Shown: positions 11,727-23,351 of the stretch, piece by piece
Layout: each line of letters starts with the position of its first letter
Numbering within the stretch: position 1 is the stretch's first letter
Source of the DNA: Blepharisma stoltei ATCC 30299
Lineage: Eukaryota > Protista > Ciliophora
Assembly (NCBI GenBank): GCA_965603825.1
Contig: CBFDEM010000004.1
Location: 744,001 to 808,000, forward strand
Direction: 5' to 3'
Length of the DNA stretch: 64,000 nucleotides
Notes under the pieces: model-generated
Seen by the model: the letters and a program-made list of their open reading frames with translations, nothing else
Told to the model about the DNA's origin: nothing
Database searches by the model: none
Program-made: the position numbers and the translations under genes

Positions 11727-12473
11727 ATGGACAAAAGGGAAAAAATAGACACTTCTTCTGGAAATATTGCTTTAAACTCCCTATTCAGCAACATTGAAAC
11801 CCCCGAAGTGCCTTATACCAAAAATTCATCAAGATTTTATGAATCCCCTACCGTTCCCGTCGACAAATCACTTCAATCCCCATCAATGAGGACTAACTTG
11901 CAAGACACCCGAGATACAAATTATAGCACACGTAGGTCAACATTTGTCCGAAAAACGATTTCCCCCAGGAGAACCCTACCTAAAAATCCATTTTTGCTTG
12001 GATCAGCAGTAAATGAAATAAATCAAACCGATAAATCTGTATTGACACAAAGGCTTCAAGAAAAGCTAAAGCAGCTAGAAGAAGAGTTCCAGAGCGGAAG
12101 GAAATCAGAAACCTCAGCCATTTCAAGAGTAGGAGAAAGCTTCATTGCAAAGCATGAAGAAGTGCCTCAAGCTAAATCACTTGAAACTACTGCACCAGTG
12201 CCGTGGAATAACAGTTTTGGGGAAGCAAAATTTGCTTCTTTAATGGAAGATGAAAATGAGAATTCTGATATCCCGACGCTAAGATGGTGCGCTTTTTGTA
12301 AAGGAGAAGTTATGACTGATATTTGTTATACAAATTCGTCAAAGACATTTTGATCAGCAGTTGGAATTTTCTTAGCTGGCGGCGTGTTTGGGTGCTTTAT
12401 ATTGCCGTATATGACACATAAATGCAAGGATATGAAAATGGTTTGTCATATTTGCAAACGTACTTTAAGTTAA
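11727..12473 (+). CDS. LITAF-like zinc-ribbon domain protein (248 aa)
   Basis: Reading TGA 12351 as Trp completes CAFC...hydrophobic stretch...GCFILPY...CKD...CHIC. Confidence 0.85.
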
Positions 12474-12505
12474 TTAATCAATTATTAAATAAAAATATAT
12501 TTTAA

Positions 12506-13984
12506 ATGATCCAAGGCTTTCTGAAAAGATTTTCTAAAATTCCCAATTTTCACCATTTTCACCAATCTCTAAAAATGGACTCTCAAAGAATCCAAGAAGT
12601 GATCAGCCAAGGAGTCGATTCTGGAGTCATCCCAACCTTAATGGATTACATCAGAATTCCTAGTCTTTCGACTGCATTCGACCCTAACTGGGAAACTAAT
12701 GGATACATGGAACAAGCCCAAGAAGTTTTGCTTAGTTATGTTAGATCATTAAACATTGAAGGCTTTACTTATGAAATTGTCAAAGAACCTGGAAAGCCTT
12801 GGCTTGTTTTTGGAGAAGTCCAAGCAACTGCCCCAGACAAAGGAACAATCCTCATGTACGGCCACATGGACAAGCAGCCTCATTTAAGTGGTTGGACTGT
12901 AGGAGGGCCAACAGACCCAGTGATTGTTGACGGAAAACTCTATGGAAGAGGTGGAGGCGATGATGGTTATGCCCTTCCTGGCGCTGCATTATGCATTAAA
13001 ACTCTACAAAGCTTGGGGATTCCTCATGGCAGAATTGTGATTGTTGCTGAAAACGAAGAAGAAAGTGATAGTGAAAGCTTGGTCTATTACATTAATAAGC
13101 TACGTGATAGGATTGGCAGCCCAGAACTTATAGTCTGTTTGGACTCAGGAATCATGAATTATCAGCAATTCTTTATTACAACATCTCTCAGAGGGGTTGT
13201 GAATATTGATGTGACTGTCAAAACTATCCTAGCGGGGATGCACTCAGGTGGGACATCTGGAGTTCTCCCATCTGCATATAGAATAATGCAGCATATTATT
13301 TCTCGAATTGAAGATGAGAGGACAGGAGAAATTTTGATACCAGAACTACATACTGAAATAAAACCAAGCATTTATGAAGGAGCTGCTCAGATTGTAAAGT
13401 TCATGGGACCTTATATTGTAGGTGCTTTTCCACTTATAAATGGTGTTAAACCTATGACTGATGATTTGGTACAACTTTTGATTAATAGATCTTGGAAACC
13501 TACTTTGACAGTCATTGGTTGTGAAGGTCTCCCACCTGTCGCAGACGCTGGAAATGTAATTCAGCCTCATTTTACAACTAGACTTTCAGTAAGACTCCCA
13601 CCTGGAGTTAGCGGAAAAGTTGCTACAGAAGCTTTAATTAGAGAAATTACAAGAGATCCTTTATATAATGCTGTTGTTGAAGTAACTCCCCAATCACCAA
13701 GCGATGGCTGGGCCCAAAATGATTTAGAGCCTTGGCTGAATGAAGCAGTCCAAGAAGCATCAAATAGTGTCTTCCATGCCCCAGCACTCAACTTATGGGA
13801 AGGTGGGAGCATTCCATTTATGGGCTACCTTGGTGAGCTCTTCCCAAGTGCTCAGTTTGTGATAACAGGAATTTTGCATCTGGAAAGCAACCCTCATAGC
13901 ATCAATGAAAATTTTAGCATTGAGTACCTCAAAAAAGCACTTAGCTGTGTTGCCTATATAATAGGAAAGCACGCCTCTAAGTAA
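12506..13984 (+). CDS. M20-family metallopeptidase (dipeptidase/DapE/ArgE-like)
   Basis: YGHMDKQP, LYGRGGGDDG, ENEEES, CLDSG, GMHSG, GGSIP and NPHSINE metal-binding motifs. Confidence 0.92.
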   Translation: MIQGFLKRFSKIPNFHHFHQSLKMDSQRIQEVISQGVDSGVIPTLMDYIRIPSLSTAFDPNWETNGYMEQAQEVLLSYVRSLNIEGFTYEIVKEPGKPWLVFGEVQATAPDKGTILMYGHMDKQPHLSGWTVGGPTDPVIVDGKLYGRGGGDDGYALPGAALCIKTLQSLGIPHGRIVIVAENEEESDSESLVYYINKLRDRIGSPELIVCLDSGIMNYQQFFITTSLRGVVNIDVTVKTILAGMHSGGTSGVLPSAYRIMQHIISRIEDERTGEILIPELHTEIKPSIYEGAAQIVKFMGPYIVGAFPLINGVKPMTDDLVQLLINRSWKPTLTVIGCEGLPPVADAGNVIQPHFTTRLSVRLPPGVSGKVATEALIREITRDPLYNAVVEVTPQSPSDGWAQNDLEPWLNEAVQEASNSVFHAPALNLWEGGSIPFMGYLGELFPSAQFVITGILHLESNPHSINENFSIEYLKKALSCVAYIIGKHASK

Positions 13985-14020
13985 TTTAAGCTAAATCTCA
14001 TCTTTAGAATTTTCTTAAAA

Positions 14021-15388
14021 TTAGTTAATGATCTCTTCAGTTTCTTCAAACTTGACATTAAAGTCTCTTTCTAAACTAGACAAAATTTCTTCTGAAAATC
14101 CTTCTTCCATTGGGTACATCAATCCTGGGGCATGCTGATGAGTAGCTAGCCAAAATGCACCTAGTGAAGCAGGCAGACTAACTAATCTTGACATGCAGCT
14201 TAGCTCGCTAACAACTCCACGCTCTATAAGTTTAGATTTGTAAAGCACTTTTCTATCACTATACTGAGCAATATACCTATGCTCCATAATCACTAAATCT
14301 TCTTCTCCAGGCTCATACTTGCATTTTTCTTGCATAAGCTGCACAAATGCGTCAAATATAGATTTCGCGTTTCTAATTGGGGCTGTGCTAAGCATATCAA
14401 GCTTTACCAAGGCTTCAATGATCAATTTAACTTCATCAGCTGCAAAGCTGTTTAATTTCCCTGCCACTTTTACAGCTACTGGCTTCATTTCATCAGGGAT
14501 TTGTCCTAATAAGTTTTCATCTCCATTAACATCTCCTGCTAAATGGCTAATTAAATCTCTCCACGTTAAGTTTTCCCCGAAATCAAAGCTGTCGTCATTA
14601 TAAATTCCTAATACTACGAACCCTTTGCATATTGTTGGATAATTCCTATATCTTATTGTGCATCTTTTTACTGTGTGAGCGTTATGCAAGCCATATAAGT
14701 CCACATAGTTAATTGAGTTGCCATTGGGGTAATATACCAAAGGTAAATCATACTCCAAATCTAATGGCTGAGCTGTTGACATAAGATTTTGTGGCTGAAT
14801 CTCTATGACTTGGTTGTTTTCTAAATACTTAGCAGGCCTTAGCACAGCCATTAAAGCTCCATAAGGTGCCCAAGATATTTTGTACTGTAAAATATTGTTG
14901 CAAGCCTCAGGAGCTGGTAACCCACCACAGCTTGATTGGAAAAACACAATCTGTCCACCAGCGTGCTGGATTTCTCTGACTTTCCTCATAACACTCATAT
15001 GGTCAATGCCAGGGTCCAGTCCCATTTCATTGAGAACAACAATCCCTGCGTCAATAATTTCTTGTTCCAATGCTTTTACTTCAGGGCTGACATATGAAGC
15101 AGTGACCATATTTTTGCGCTTCTGGATGCAGGCTTTCACTACAAAGTGATGGAATTTGGCTGGGACCATTGAAATCACCATATCGACCTCATCGAGCAGT
15201 GATGCGACTTGTTCAATATTTGTGACATCAACTGTAAGGGTCGGGATTTGGAATTTTTGGGCAATTCTGGCAAGCTCTTCTTGGATATTTCCACCTACTG
15301 AAACAGTAAAATTTCGGCTCAACAAGTTTTGGACTAAACAAGGAACCATTAAGCCTGACCCAAAAACTAGCGCACGAGTGCCTGCCAT
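14021..15388 (-). CDS. Saccharopine dehydrogenase (glutamate-forming; Lys9/AASS-SDH-like), stand-alone
   Basis: GSGLM Rossmann start, VTASYVS, EMGLDPGIDHM, SSCGGLPAPE, YKISWAPYG. Confidence 0.92.
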   Translation of the reverse strand: MAGTRALVFGSGLMVPCLVQNLLSRNFTVSVGGNIQEELARIAQKFQIPTLTVDVTNIEQVASLLDEVDMVISMVPAKFHHFVVKACIQKRKNMVTASYVSPEVKALEQEIIDAGIVVLNEMGLDPGIDHMSVMRKVREIQHAGGQIVFFQSSCGGLPAPEACNNILQYKISWAPYGALMAVLRPAKYLENNQVIEIQPQNLMSTAQPLDLEYDLPLVYYPNGNSINYVDLYGLHNAHTVKRCTIRYRNYPTICKGFVVLGIYNDDSFDFGENLTWRDLISHLAGDVNGDENLLGQIPDEMKPVAVKVAGKLNSFAADEVKLIIEALVKLDMLSTAPIRNAKSIFDAFVQLMQEKCKYEPGEEDLVIMEHRYIAQYSDRKVLYKSKLIERGVVSELSCMSRLVSLPASLGAFWLATHQHAPGLMYPMEEGFSEEILSSLERDFNVKFEETEEIIN

Positions 15389-15470
15389 TATTATAAATAA
15401 AATACAAATACTAAATATAAGTTAATCTGCATGGCTTATTAGAATTCGTATAGAAATATATATAAATAAA

Positions 15471-16289
15471 ATGAAACTTATATATCTTGTCGCACTTACT
15501 TTTGTATTGAGCTTACACGTCACATACAATGAAAGCGGAGATGATTGGACCGGGACGTGCCAGGACGGTATGCTACAATCTCCATTTGCAATCAAAGATT
15601 CAAAATCCGAAATCATCCCGACAAACACAACAAGATCAGTAGTTCTCTACCCTCATTTTGAATCGAATTTCACTATGGGGCATCTGACGTCCTATTCTTA
15701 TGCTCTCTACTCAGACTGGGGCTATCTTACAATTGCAGTTCCGTCTCAAGAGCCTTTTAACGTTTATTCGTCAGCATTCCATTTTCATTCACCATCTGAG
15801 TATATGCTTAATGGCAAATATTATGACTTAGAAATGCACACGGTGATGAAAAACCCGAATGCTCCAGGCTCGATTTACGTGCTAGGCATATTTTTTGACG
15901 TGAATGGAAAGACCAATAAATTCATCTCCCAGGTAATGGACTCAGAAAAAAAATTCACCGATGTGAATTTAGGGGATATTTTCAGCGGAATCGACAAAAT
16001 TGAGGAATTTTATGAATTTGAAGGATCTTTAACAACCCCACCATGCACTGAAGGAGTTAAATGGTTTCTTTGGAGCGAAATCCAGGATTTAGATGAAAAC
16101 CAGAGACTGTTTTTCCACAAATTTTGGGCTGGGAATGCTTCATTTGCAGATAAGAATGGAAATAATAGAAATTTACAAGAAGAAAACGACAGACTTGTGA
16201 TAAAGTATGGGGAAAGAGACGACATGAGTATTAAGCTTGAGTTCTCAATCTTCCTTCTGATCGTTTCAATATCGCTTTGTCTATCCTAA
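15471..16289 (+). CDS. Secreted or membrane-anchored alpha-carbonic anhydrase
   Basis: Signal peptide, QSP, FHFH..SE...EMH Zn ligands, GSLTTPPCTEGVKW, N.R and a hydrophobic C-terminal tail. Confidence 0.92.
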   Translation: MKLIYLVALTFVLSLHVTYNESGDDWTGTCQDGMLQSPFAIKDSKSEIIPTNTTRSVVLYPHFESNFTMGHLTSYSYALYSDWGYLTIAVPSQEPFNVYSSAFHFHSPSEYMLNGKYYDLEMHTVMKNPNAPGSIYVLGIFFDVNGKTNKFISQVMDSEKKFTDVNLGDIFSGIDKIEEFYEFEGSLTTPPCTEGVKWFLWSEIQDLDENQRLFFHKFWAGNASFADKNGNNRNLQEENDRLVIKYGERDDMSIKLEFSIFLLIVSISLCLS

Positions 16290-16359
16290 TTTACTGATAG
16301 TTAAAGTATGAATTTCAATTATTTAAATTGAAATATAAATAATAGATTTGAAAGAAAAT

Positions 16360-17232
16360 TTATGACTCTAAAGTTCCGTGAGCCCCTTTCCAAATCCACT
16401 TTTGGCTTGACCTTAATTCATTTCCAGGCTCTTCATTTCTAGGCATAAAAGGTTGAGGACTTTCAGTTGTGAGACGAGGCGATTTTTGATTCCTATCTGA
16501 ACTAAAGCCTCTGCTAACCCTAATTCTTACATTTCTCTGCTCTTTCGACGCAGAGTTTAAATCCTTTTTTTCTTCTTTCAGCTTTGAATCACTTTTTGAA
16601 ATGCTAAGCACTTTCGGTGGCTTGATAAATTCTTTTGAAACTTTATGAAGCTCATTCCCATTATGAAAAATATCTTGTACAGCTCCTCGATGGTCAGGAA
16701 TTTCTATTTTCAGCAATTCTTGAGGAATTTCCTCATCGCTTGAATCCTCGTCTTGGCTTTTCTTTTGCCCAGTATTCAATTTATAAGTAAAATTCACAGG
16801 GCTCATCCTTTTCTTGATTTTTTCATTATTTGGGCGGAATTTAAAAGTTTCAATAGAAGAAATAGGCAAATCTTCGCTAATGTCAATCCTGAAAGTTGCT
16901 GATGGAGAGGTATGAGCTGACCCAGGGTTAGATTTTGATATACGCAATGAATTTGGACGTGTATGAAGACTTATTCTTACATCAGATAATTTGCTTTCTG
17001 GACGAGGAGGAAGTTTTAAATTCTGAAATGACTGCCTAGTTGTATGAATGGATCGAGTCGTATTTTCTGATAATCTGGTAGATTCCTGGCTCTCAAATAT
17101 ATCAGATGCTGATGAAAAGCTGGCAGCGTTTCGTTTTGTCTGGAACTTTGCAGGTGTAAAACCAGAAAGGTTTTCACGGATATTGACTTGGGCTTTGATG
17201 TGGTTTGCCATGGTAGAATTGTTGACTCCCAT
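16360..17232 (-). CDS. Orphan Ser/Lys-rich protein, WxWKGAxG C-terminal family (member 1)
   Basis: 290-aa ORF ending KWIWKGAHGTLES; the N-terminal MG could be a myristoylation site. Confidence 0.75.
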   Translation of the reverse strand: MGVNNSTMANHIKAQVNIRENLSGFTPAKFQTKRNAASFSSASDIFESQESTRLSENTTRSIHTTRQSFQNLKLPPRPESKLSDVRISLHTRPNSLRISKSNPGSAHTSPSATFRIDISEDLPISSIETFKFRPNNEKIKKRMSPVNFTYKLNTGQKKSQDEDSSDEEIPQELLKIEIPDHRGAVQDIFHNGNELHKVSKEFIKPPKVLSISKSDSKLKEEKKDLNSASKEQRNVRIRVSRGFSSDRNQKSPRLTTESPQPFMPRNEEPGNELRSSQKWIWKGAHGTLES

Positions 17233-17661
17233 ATATTAGTTTCTTATTTTTATCACAAGGATTTTAATATGTTCTTGAACGGAGACATATATCATATGCC
17301 TTTTCGTGTATGTCTAGTTTTGTTTTTGAGTGAATTGTGATTTTTATGATAAAGAAAAGATTGATTAAGTGCGGATTTACCGCTTTAAAAGATAAAATAA
17401 TAAATAAATACTTTAGGCATCCAGCCTAGAAAACAGCTAATACTTTTTCTGACTTTACCAGAAGCAGAATAAAATAAAGAATTTCAGAAATGCAAGCGTT
17501 TAAAAATGAAAAACGGTAATTTGGTCATTTATTTCATAGGATAAGCTTATAGTTTTTAGTTTTATAAAAATGATGAGAGCTTTGCATTTTTTTATTACAA
17601 ATAATTCATTTGAATTTTTAACAAAATTGAATGGCGAATGAATTTATCATTAAATTTAATC

Positions 17662-18609
17662 ATGTGATATTGGACTTTGCTATGGTACATAGAGCTTTTG
17701 TGCGTGATTGTGGCAGGCTGGACAATTTTCTGCTGGCTGTGTACAGGCTACTATTATCTTAGAACTATCCTTTCAACCAATTCCTTAAAGAAATATGGGA
17801 AAGGCTCATGGGCTGTCGTGACTGGGTGTACTGAAGGCATTGGCTTAGGTTTTGCTCGGGTTTTAGCAAAATACAACTTTAATATCGTTTTAATATCCCG
17901 AAACCCTCAGAAATTAGAAAAAGTGAGAGAAGAAATCACACGCTTGCACGGGGTCGAAGCTAAAGTCGTTGTTTGTGATTTCTCAGAATGCACAAAGGAG
18001 CCTCTGGAATTTTTCCAAAAAATTGATGAGGAAATAAGAGATTTAGATGTAAGCATCCTGATCAACAATGTCGGGTATGCTGGAACAGGCAGATTCCACA
18101 CTCATCATATACATGACGAGCTTCTTCAGATGCTTTCAGTCAATTTATGGCCTTGTGTATATTTAACCAAAATGTTCTTAAGAAGAATGATGAATAGGAG
18201 TCTTCCTAGCGGGATCATTAATTTAAGCTCGACAGCCACTCTAAGACCTTTGCCTGGTTTTGCTATTTATGGAGCTACAAGAGGGTTTACGAATACTTTC
18301 ACATTGTGCACGAGAGAAGAAGTTAGATATACAGTGAGACATGAAAAACTGAACGAAATTGATATGATGAGCCTGCAACCTGCCTGGGTTTATAGTAATT
18401 TGACAAAAGAGCAAGATCATAACTTTTCATTTATCACTCCTGAGCAATGTGCTGAAAATGCATTAAGCGCTTTAGGCAAAGTTCCTTATACAAACGGAAA
18501 TTGGAAGCATATTATAGTTGCAATATTGTTTAAAAATTCGCCAAGCTTCATGATAAACGGTCAGTCGCTGAAGAATGCAAATTATACTCAGGAGAGGAGG
18601 AAAACTTAA
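17662..18609 (+). CDS. Short-chain dehydrogenase, very-long-chain 3-oxoacyl-CoA reductase / 17-beta-HSD12-like (315 aa)
   Basis: WAVVTGCTEGIG, LISRN, LINNVG. The start is ATG-TGA(Trp) at 17662, in frame with the track ORF. Confidence 0.88.
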
Positions 18610-18664
18610 CAATTAAATTATTTTTATTAAGAATAAAGGCTTTTGTTTATAGTTTCGGTAAAAT

Positions 18665-20398
18665 CTATTTATATTTAAAAATCTCACTGAAAAATCTGTT
18701 GACTTGAGAAGTTTTTGGTCTTTCGAACTTCCCAATGTGATATGTAAAATCTATTTTAGAGTTCATAAAAGATGCCCTAAAAGGATCCTTTTCTTCTTTT
18801 ACTTCAATTATTTTTGCTTCTGTATTTTCATTCGTAGGCTTTTTTACAATTTGATAAGAATTAGAATTAAATCTGCTTCTCTTAGGTCTTTCTGAGTTTA
18901 CCGGAGGAACTTTCATTTGGCAAATTTCTTCTTTTAACTCAAACTTCTTTTTTTCTATTTCACTCTCAGATTTTCTAGCAGCATGATGATAAGGTCCTGA
19001 ATTTTTAACCTTATAAGGATTTATAAACGCTTTTTTATAAGGATCAATTTCTTCTTTAGCTCCATAGTTTTCATCAGGAGTTTCAGCTCTCGTAATATGA
19101 TAAGACCTTGAATGAAACCTATTTCTCTTTTTCCTATCAGAGCTAGTTGATATTTGTCTAAATGAATTCTCATTTAATTTGAATTTACCCTTTTCTTCAG
19201 GTGTTTCACTTGTGGAATTCCTAGGAATATAATAAGAATTAGAGCTAAATCTGTCTCTGCTTGCCCTATATGTTCATTTATCACTACTAGGTTGAGTCCA
19301 TAAGTCAAAAGCCCTTGAATCAGGCCTTGTAGACACTCTTGAAATTGTACGGCTTCTTGAATAGCTGCTATAGGTTGGATAATAAAGTCTTTTTTTATCA
19401 CGGTGGATTATAGGAGTTAATTCTTTCGGCTTCGGGCTTTTAACATTGTAAGAGATTTTTGATAGCTCGATTTCTTTGGTTCCTAGAATAGAAGAAAGGT
19501 CGATTTCTCGAACTTCTGATAAAAGATTTTGAAAATCTTGAGGAAAAATCAGTTCGGCTGATCCATGATGACTTGTAGCTGGATCTTCTAGGAAATCTTT
19601 GTCACGCTTTTCAATGGTTTTTCTTCTTTTATGGTGGCGAAATCTTCGCTTTATTGATTTCGCTTGCAAATTATTTTTAGTCCAATAATCCTTAATAGTC
19701 AAAATTGCAAGTCTCTCCCTTATTTCCCTTAACTTTTTATTTCTTTCATAAATCACTCTTGCTTCAATAACTCTTATTTTTGATATAAAAATTTTTATAG
19801 TTCTCTTAATTAATCTTTCTGCTTGGCTTTTTTTATCTGAGCAAAAATGCAGATATCCTCTTTTAAGTCTCTGCAATTTGCATTTAAATAAATAACGCTT
19901 ATAATGTTCTTGTATAACAATTGCAGCTCCATTGCACTGCTTACTATGATAAAATTGATAAGTGATTTCAGTATCCATGGTTGAAATATTAAAATCAGTC
20001 AGTCTTTTTCTATGCTGAATTATCATGTCATCAAATTTATTTCTAACGAGTCATCCTCTTGCAATTTTTTGGATTTTAACTGCAGCCAATTGTTTATTGT
20101 TTTCTTCAATGCACTTTTTGTTTAATTCGTTGACTAATGTTTTCTTTAATTCCATACTTGCACGGAATTCCAGCTCTTCAAGTCTTCGCTTTTCTTGCCT
20201 TACTGAGAGATGGATTTTTTCTTTAGCTAATTTTGCTTCTCGGAGCCGTTGTTTCTTTTTCTGGTTCGTAAATTTTTCCATTGAAAAGCTGTTGTAGTGA
20301 GGTAATGATTCACTTGTGAAGCCTCTTTGTAAGCCATATCAGCTTCCTAAGCAAGGATTTTTCTCGAGTTGGGACTTTAAATCATACGAAAAATTCAT
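18665..20398 (-). CDS. IQ-motif-containing basic protein (577 aa)
   Basis: One frame across three TGA=Trp codons; AAVKIQKIARG[W]LVR is an IQ motif, with further degenerate IQ repeats; TAG stop. Confidence 0.8.
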
Positions 20399-20650
20399 AG
20401 TTTAGATAATATGGGATTATGATACTTCATAATTATATTTATGCTGCATCGAATTATGCTCTGATTATCATTTGAATTAATATATTTATATTGCAACTAA
20501 GTTAATTGACAGCACAAGTAAAATTAAAAGCTATGAATACAAATTGCTCGAAAAGTATGTGGAGTAATTTAAATCCTCAATAACTTCTTTATTAGATATG
20601 ATTTTTTATGCAAGAATTTATCATTTTTCCATTATTATAATTAATTAAGA

Positions 20651-21115
20651 ATGATTTATAACCTAAATAACAAAGACAACAGTATACCACTTAAGCAAAG
20701 AATCAATAATCAGAGAGAAAAGCTTATGAACAAGCACTTAAATACAATGAAACTTGAAAACCTCGCAGGGATTTATAAAGTTCATGAAGCAACTCCTCGT
20801 GAAAAAAGTATCGAAACATTATTTGGCATTTCGAAATCTTACACTTGCTCTGAAAGGCTAATTCACCTAAGTAAGCCTCGTGATCCTAGAATGAAGAAAA
20901 GCAAAACTTATTTTTCACAAACCAGCCTTCAAGTAACAAAAAGCATTTTTCCTCAAATTTCGAAACCAAAATCCAATAGCGAAGTTTTAAAAATATACCA
21001 AGAATTAGATAAATTTACTGAAAGAATTAAAAATGATTCAACAGTTTTTGGATGCTCGACAATAGACATCATGAATTTAAAGTCAAAAAAATATCGAAAA
21101 TCAAGTGTATCTTAA
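20651..21115 (+). CDS. Small basic orphan protein, tandem paralog A
   Basis: Shares QREKLxNKHLNTxxLENLAGI, FGISKSYxCSERL and FGCSTIDIMNL with 21928-22401. Confidence 0.8.
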   Translation: MIYNLNNKDNSIPLKQRINNQREKLMNKHLNTMKLENLAGIYKVHEATPREKSIETLFGISKSYTCSERLIHLSKPRDPRMKKSKTYFSQTSLQVTKSIFPQISKPKSNSEVLKIYQELDKFTERIKNDSTVFGCSTIDIMNLKSKKYRKSSVS

Positions 21116-21927
21116 TTTTAGGAAAGATCTCAAATCACTATTATATTGAGTATTTATTTATATTAACGAGAGTTATTAAATTTCGTTTTTAAATAATTTT
21201 AGATATGTCTTTTAGTTAGTTATATGAAATAATAAATGCTTGAAAAATGCATAGTACTATTAATTAGTGGTAAGAAATGCTGAGCGATATATGAAGGTTA
21301 TAAAACTACAAAGAAATAAATAAATGCAGTAAGTTTTATCTTTTAGATTGTTTAAGCTAGAAAGTAGCTATAATTCTTATGAAGAATATTCCTTAAATTG
21401 TTGAATCTATAAATTTGATATGAATCGAAATTTATGAAAATAAAAGAAATTGAAAACTAGATAAATCAAATTTCAGAAAACAATTTAGCAACCCTATAGA
21501 TAGGCTATTAAAATAATGACATAAAAAATTTTGAATTAATTTAGCTGAGTCTATAAATATCATACAAAATTGTTTATCCCTTATATAAAATATATAATTA
21601 TTCATAAAATAACAAAAAATTATTAAATTTCTATCTTTTTCGATAATATGAAATTGAATAATTTCTATATAGCTTATTAATATAGCCTCTAAATCTACAA
21701 ATAAAGCATATTTTATATATTTATGATAGCCAATTTCCTTAAAAGTGCCTAAAATTTGTAAAATCAGCTCAATTCATAGTGCATGCGAATGGATAACAGC
21801 TAATCATCTTTATTATTTAGCAAACTTTATCTTAATAAATATATATTGTCATAATAGTATACCAATACTATTGATTTTTTAACTGAGATCTCAAAACTAT
21901 TATTAACTATTTTCCTGTATATAAGAA

Positions 21928-22401
21928 ATGGTTTATCAAATTGATCTCCAAAATTACAGAAAATCTCCAAAGCAACAAAGCTCCAGCCAAAGAGAAAAAT
22001 TGGCTAATAAGCATTTAAATACTCTCCGACTTGAAAATCTAGCAGGCATTTTTAAAATACACCAAACAATCCCATGCCAAAAAAATATTGAGACTGTGTT
22101 TGGTATTTCAAAATCCTATGCTTGCTCAGAAAGATTGATGAGTTTAAGCAAGCCTCGAGACCTTTTAATTAAAAAAAGCAAAACATACAGCTCTTCAGCT
22201 GATCTCAAGCCTAAAGAAAAAATTATTCTCCCTAAAATTTCAAAATCAAAAGAGCAACCAAACATTGAATATTTAAAAATTTCAGAAGAACTTGATAGAT
22301 TTACAAAAAGAATCAAAAAGGACATTACTTTATTTGGGTGCTCGACTATAGATATCATGAATTTAAATCTGAAAAAGCACTTAAGATTAAGTGTACCTTA
22401 A
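21928..22401 (+). CDS. Small basic orphan protein, tandem paralog B
   Basis: Paralog of 20651-21115; protein-level conservation with diverged flanks. Confidence 0.8.
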   Translation: MVYQIDLQNYRKSPKQQSSSQREKLANKHLNTLRLENLAGIFKIHQTIPCQKNIETVFGISKSYACSERLMSLSKPRDLLIKKSKTYSSSADLKPKEKIILPKISKSKEQPNIEYLKISEELDRFTKRIKKDITLFGCSTIDIMNLNLKKHLRLSVP

Positions 22402-22418
22402 TTTTACGAATTAAATTT

Positions 22419-23351
22419 TTAAGAAACAATGATTCCATGTGCACCTTTCCAGGTCCATCTACTTGAGCGTTCCTGCTTACTATTTTTCATTTTTTTATCA
22501 TTAGGAAACAAATTTTGAGGATTTTTCTTTTCGATTTCCTCTGCCTTAATTTCAGAGTCCATTTTCCCAGTATTTTTATGTGATGATGTGGTTCTTCCTC
22601 TAACTCTTATTTTTATATCAGCACTGCTTTGAATGCGGACTATTTCCTTTATGCAAGAATCTTTGCCAGGACTTTTATATTGATATCCTCGTGATTCATC
22701 CTCAGGACTTATAGAAAATTTTCTTACATGCCGCCTCTGATATTTTTGCACTTTAGATTTTATTTCTTCATTATTATCTTCATTTTTTTCATGAATTTTC
22801 ACCTGAAAGAAATTATCTTCCGGCTCAATACTTTCATCTTCTTTAATATCATACAATTTATTTTGTTTTGAATTTAACTTTAAGGTTTTCATTCTTGGCC
22901 TCATTCTAAATTGTATTGATTCTGAATTATTTAAAGAGTTTTCTTCATAGCAAGACAGAGTGCTTTCACTTGTAGTAGAATCTCTAATTAGCATTTGGGA
23001 TATATTTGTTTGATTCCTTGAGCTTTCTGCGTCTCTAAGAGACACTAGTCTTTTAAAGATTTTGGGGTTTGAAACAGAGAATGATTTATCTTCTTTAGAT
23101 TTTACAGGACTTGCTGACTGAGGCTTGTTTGTCCTTTCTAGAGCAGAGTTTAATCGAAGAAAATTTCTATCAACTTTTAGTCTGGACGGTAAGTTATGGT
23201 CAGTTGGCTCATTGTCTTTGAGATTTGATTCATTGTTCGACTCGATTGAAAATACTCTTGTGCCATTATGAGATAAAGTTGACCTTATAGATGGTTGAGA
23301 GAGCTTTCTTTTGGGTGATCTCATTATCATTCGAAACTGATCTTGATCCAT
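22419..23351 (-). CDS. Orphan protein, WxWKGAxG family (member 2)
   Basis: Ends RWTWKGAHGIIVS; shares RKLSQP, FSVSNxKxFKxLVS, TLKLN and IxIRG blocks with 24173-25045. Confidence 0.8.
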   Translation of the reverse strand: MDQDQFRMIMRSPKRKLSQPSIRSTLSHNGTRVFSIESNNESNLKDNEPTDHNLPSRLKVDRNFLRLNSALERTNKPQSASPVKSKEDKSFSVSNPKIFKRLVSLRDAESSRNQTNISQMLIRDSTTSESTLSCYEENSLNNSESIQFRMRPRMKTLKLNSKQNKLYDIKEDESIEPEDNFFQVKIHEKNEDNNEEIKSKVQKYQRRHVRKFSISPEDESRGYQYKSPGKDSCIKEIVRIQSSADIKIRVRGRTTSSHKNTGKMDSEIKAEEIEKKNPQNLFPNDKKMKNSKQERSSRWTWKGAHGIIVS

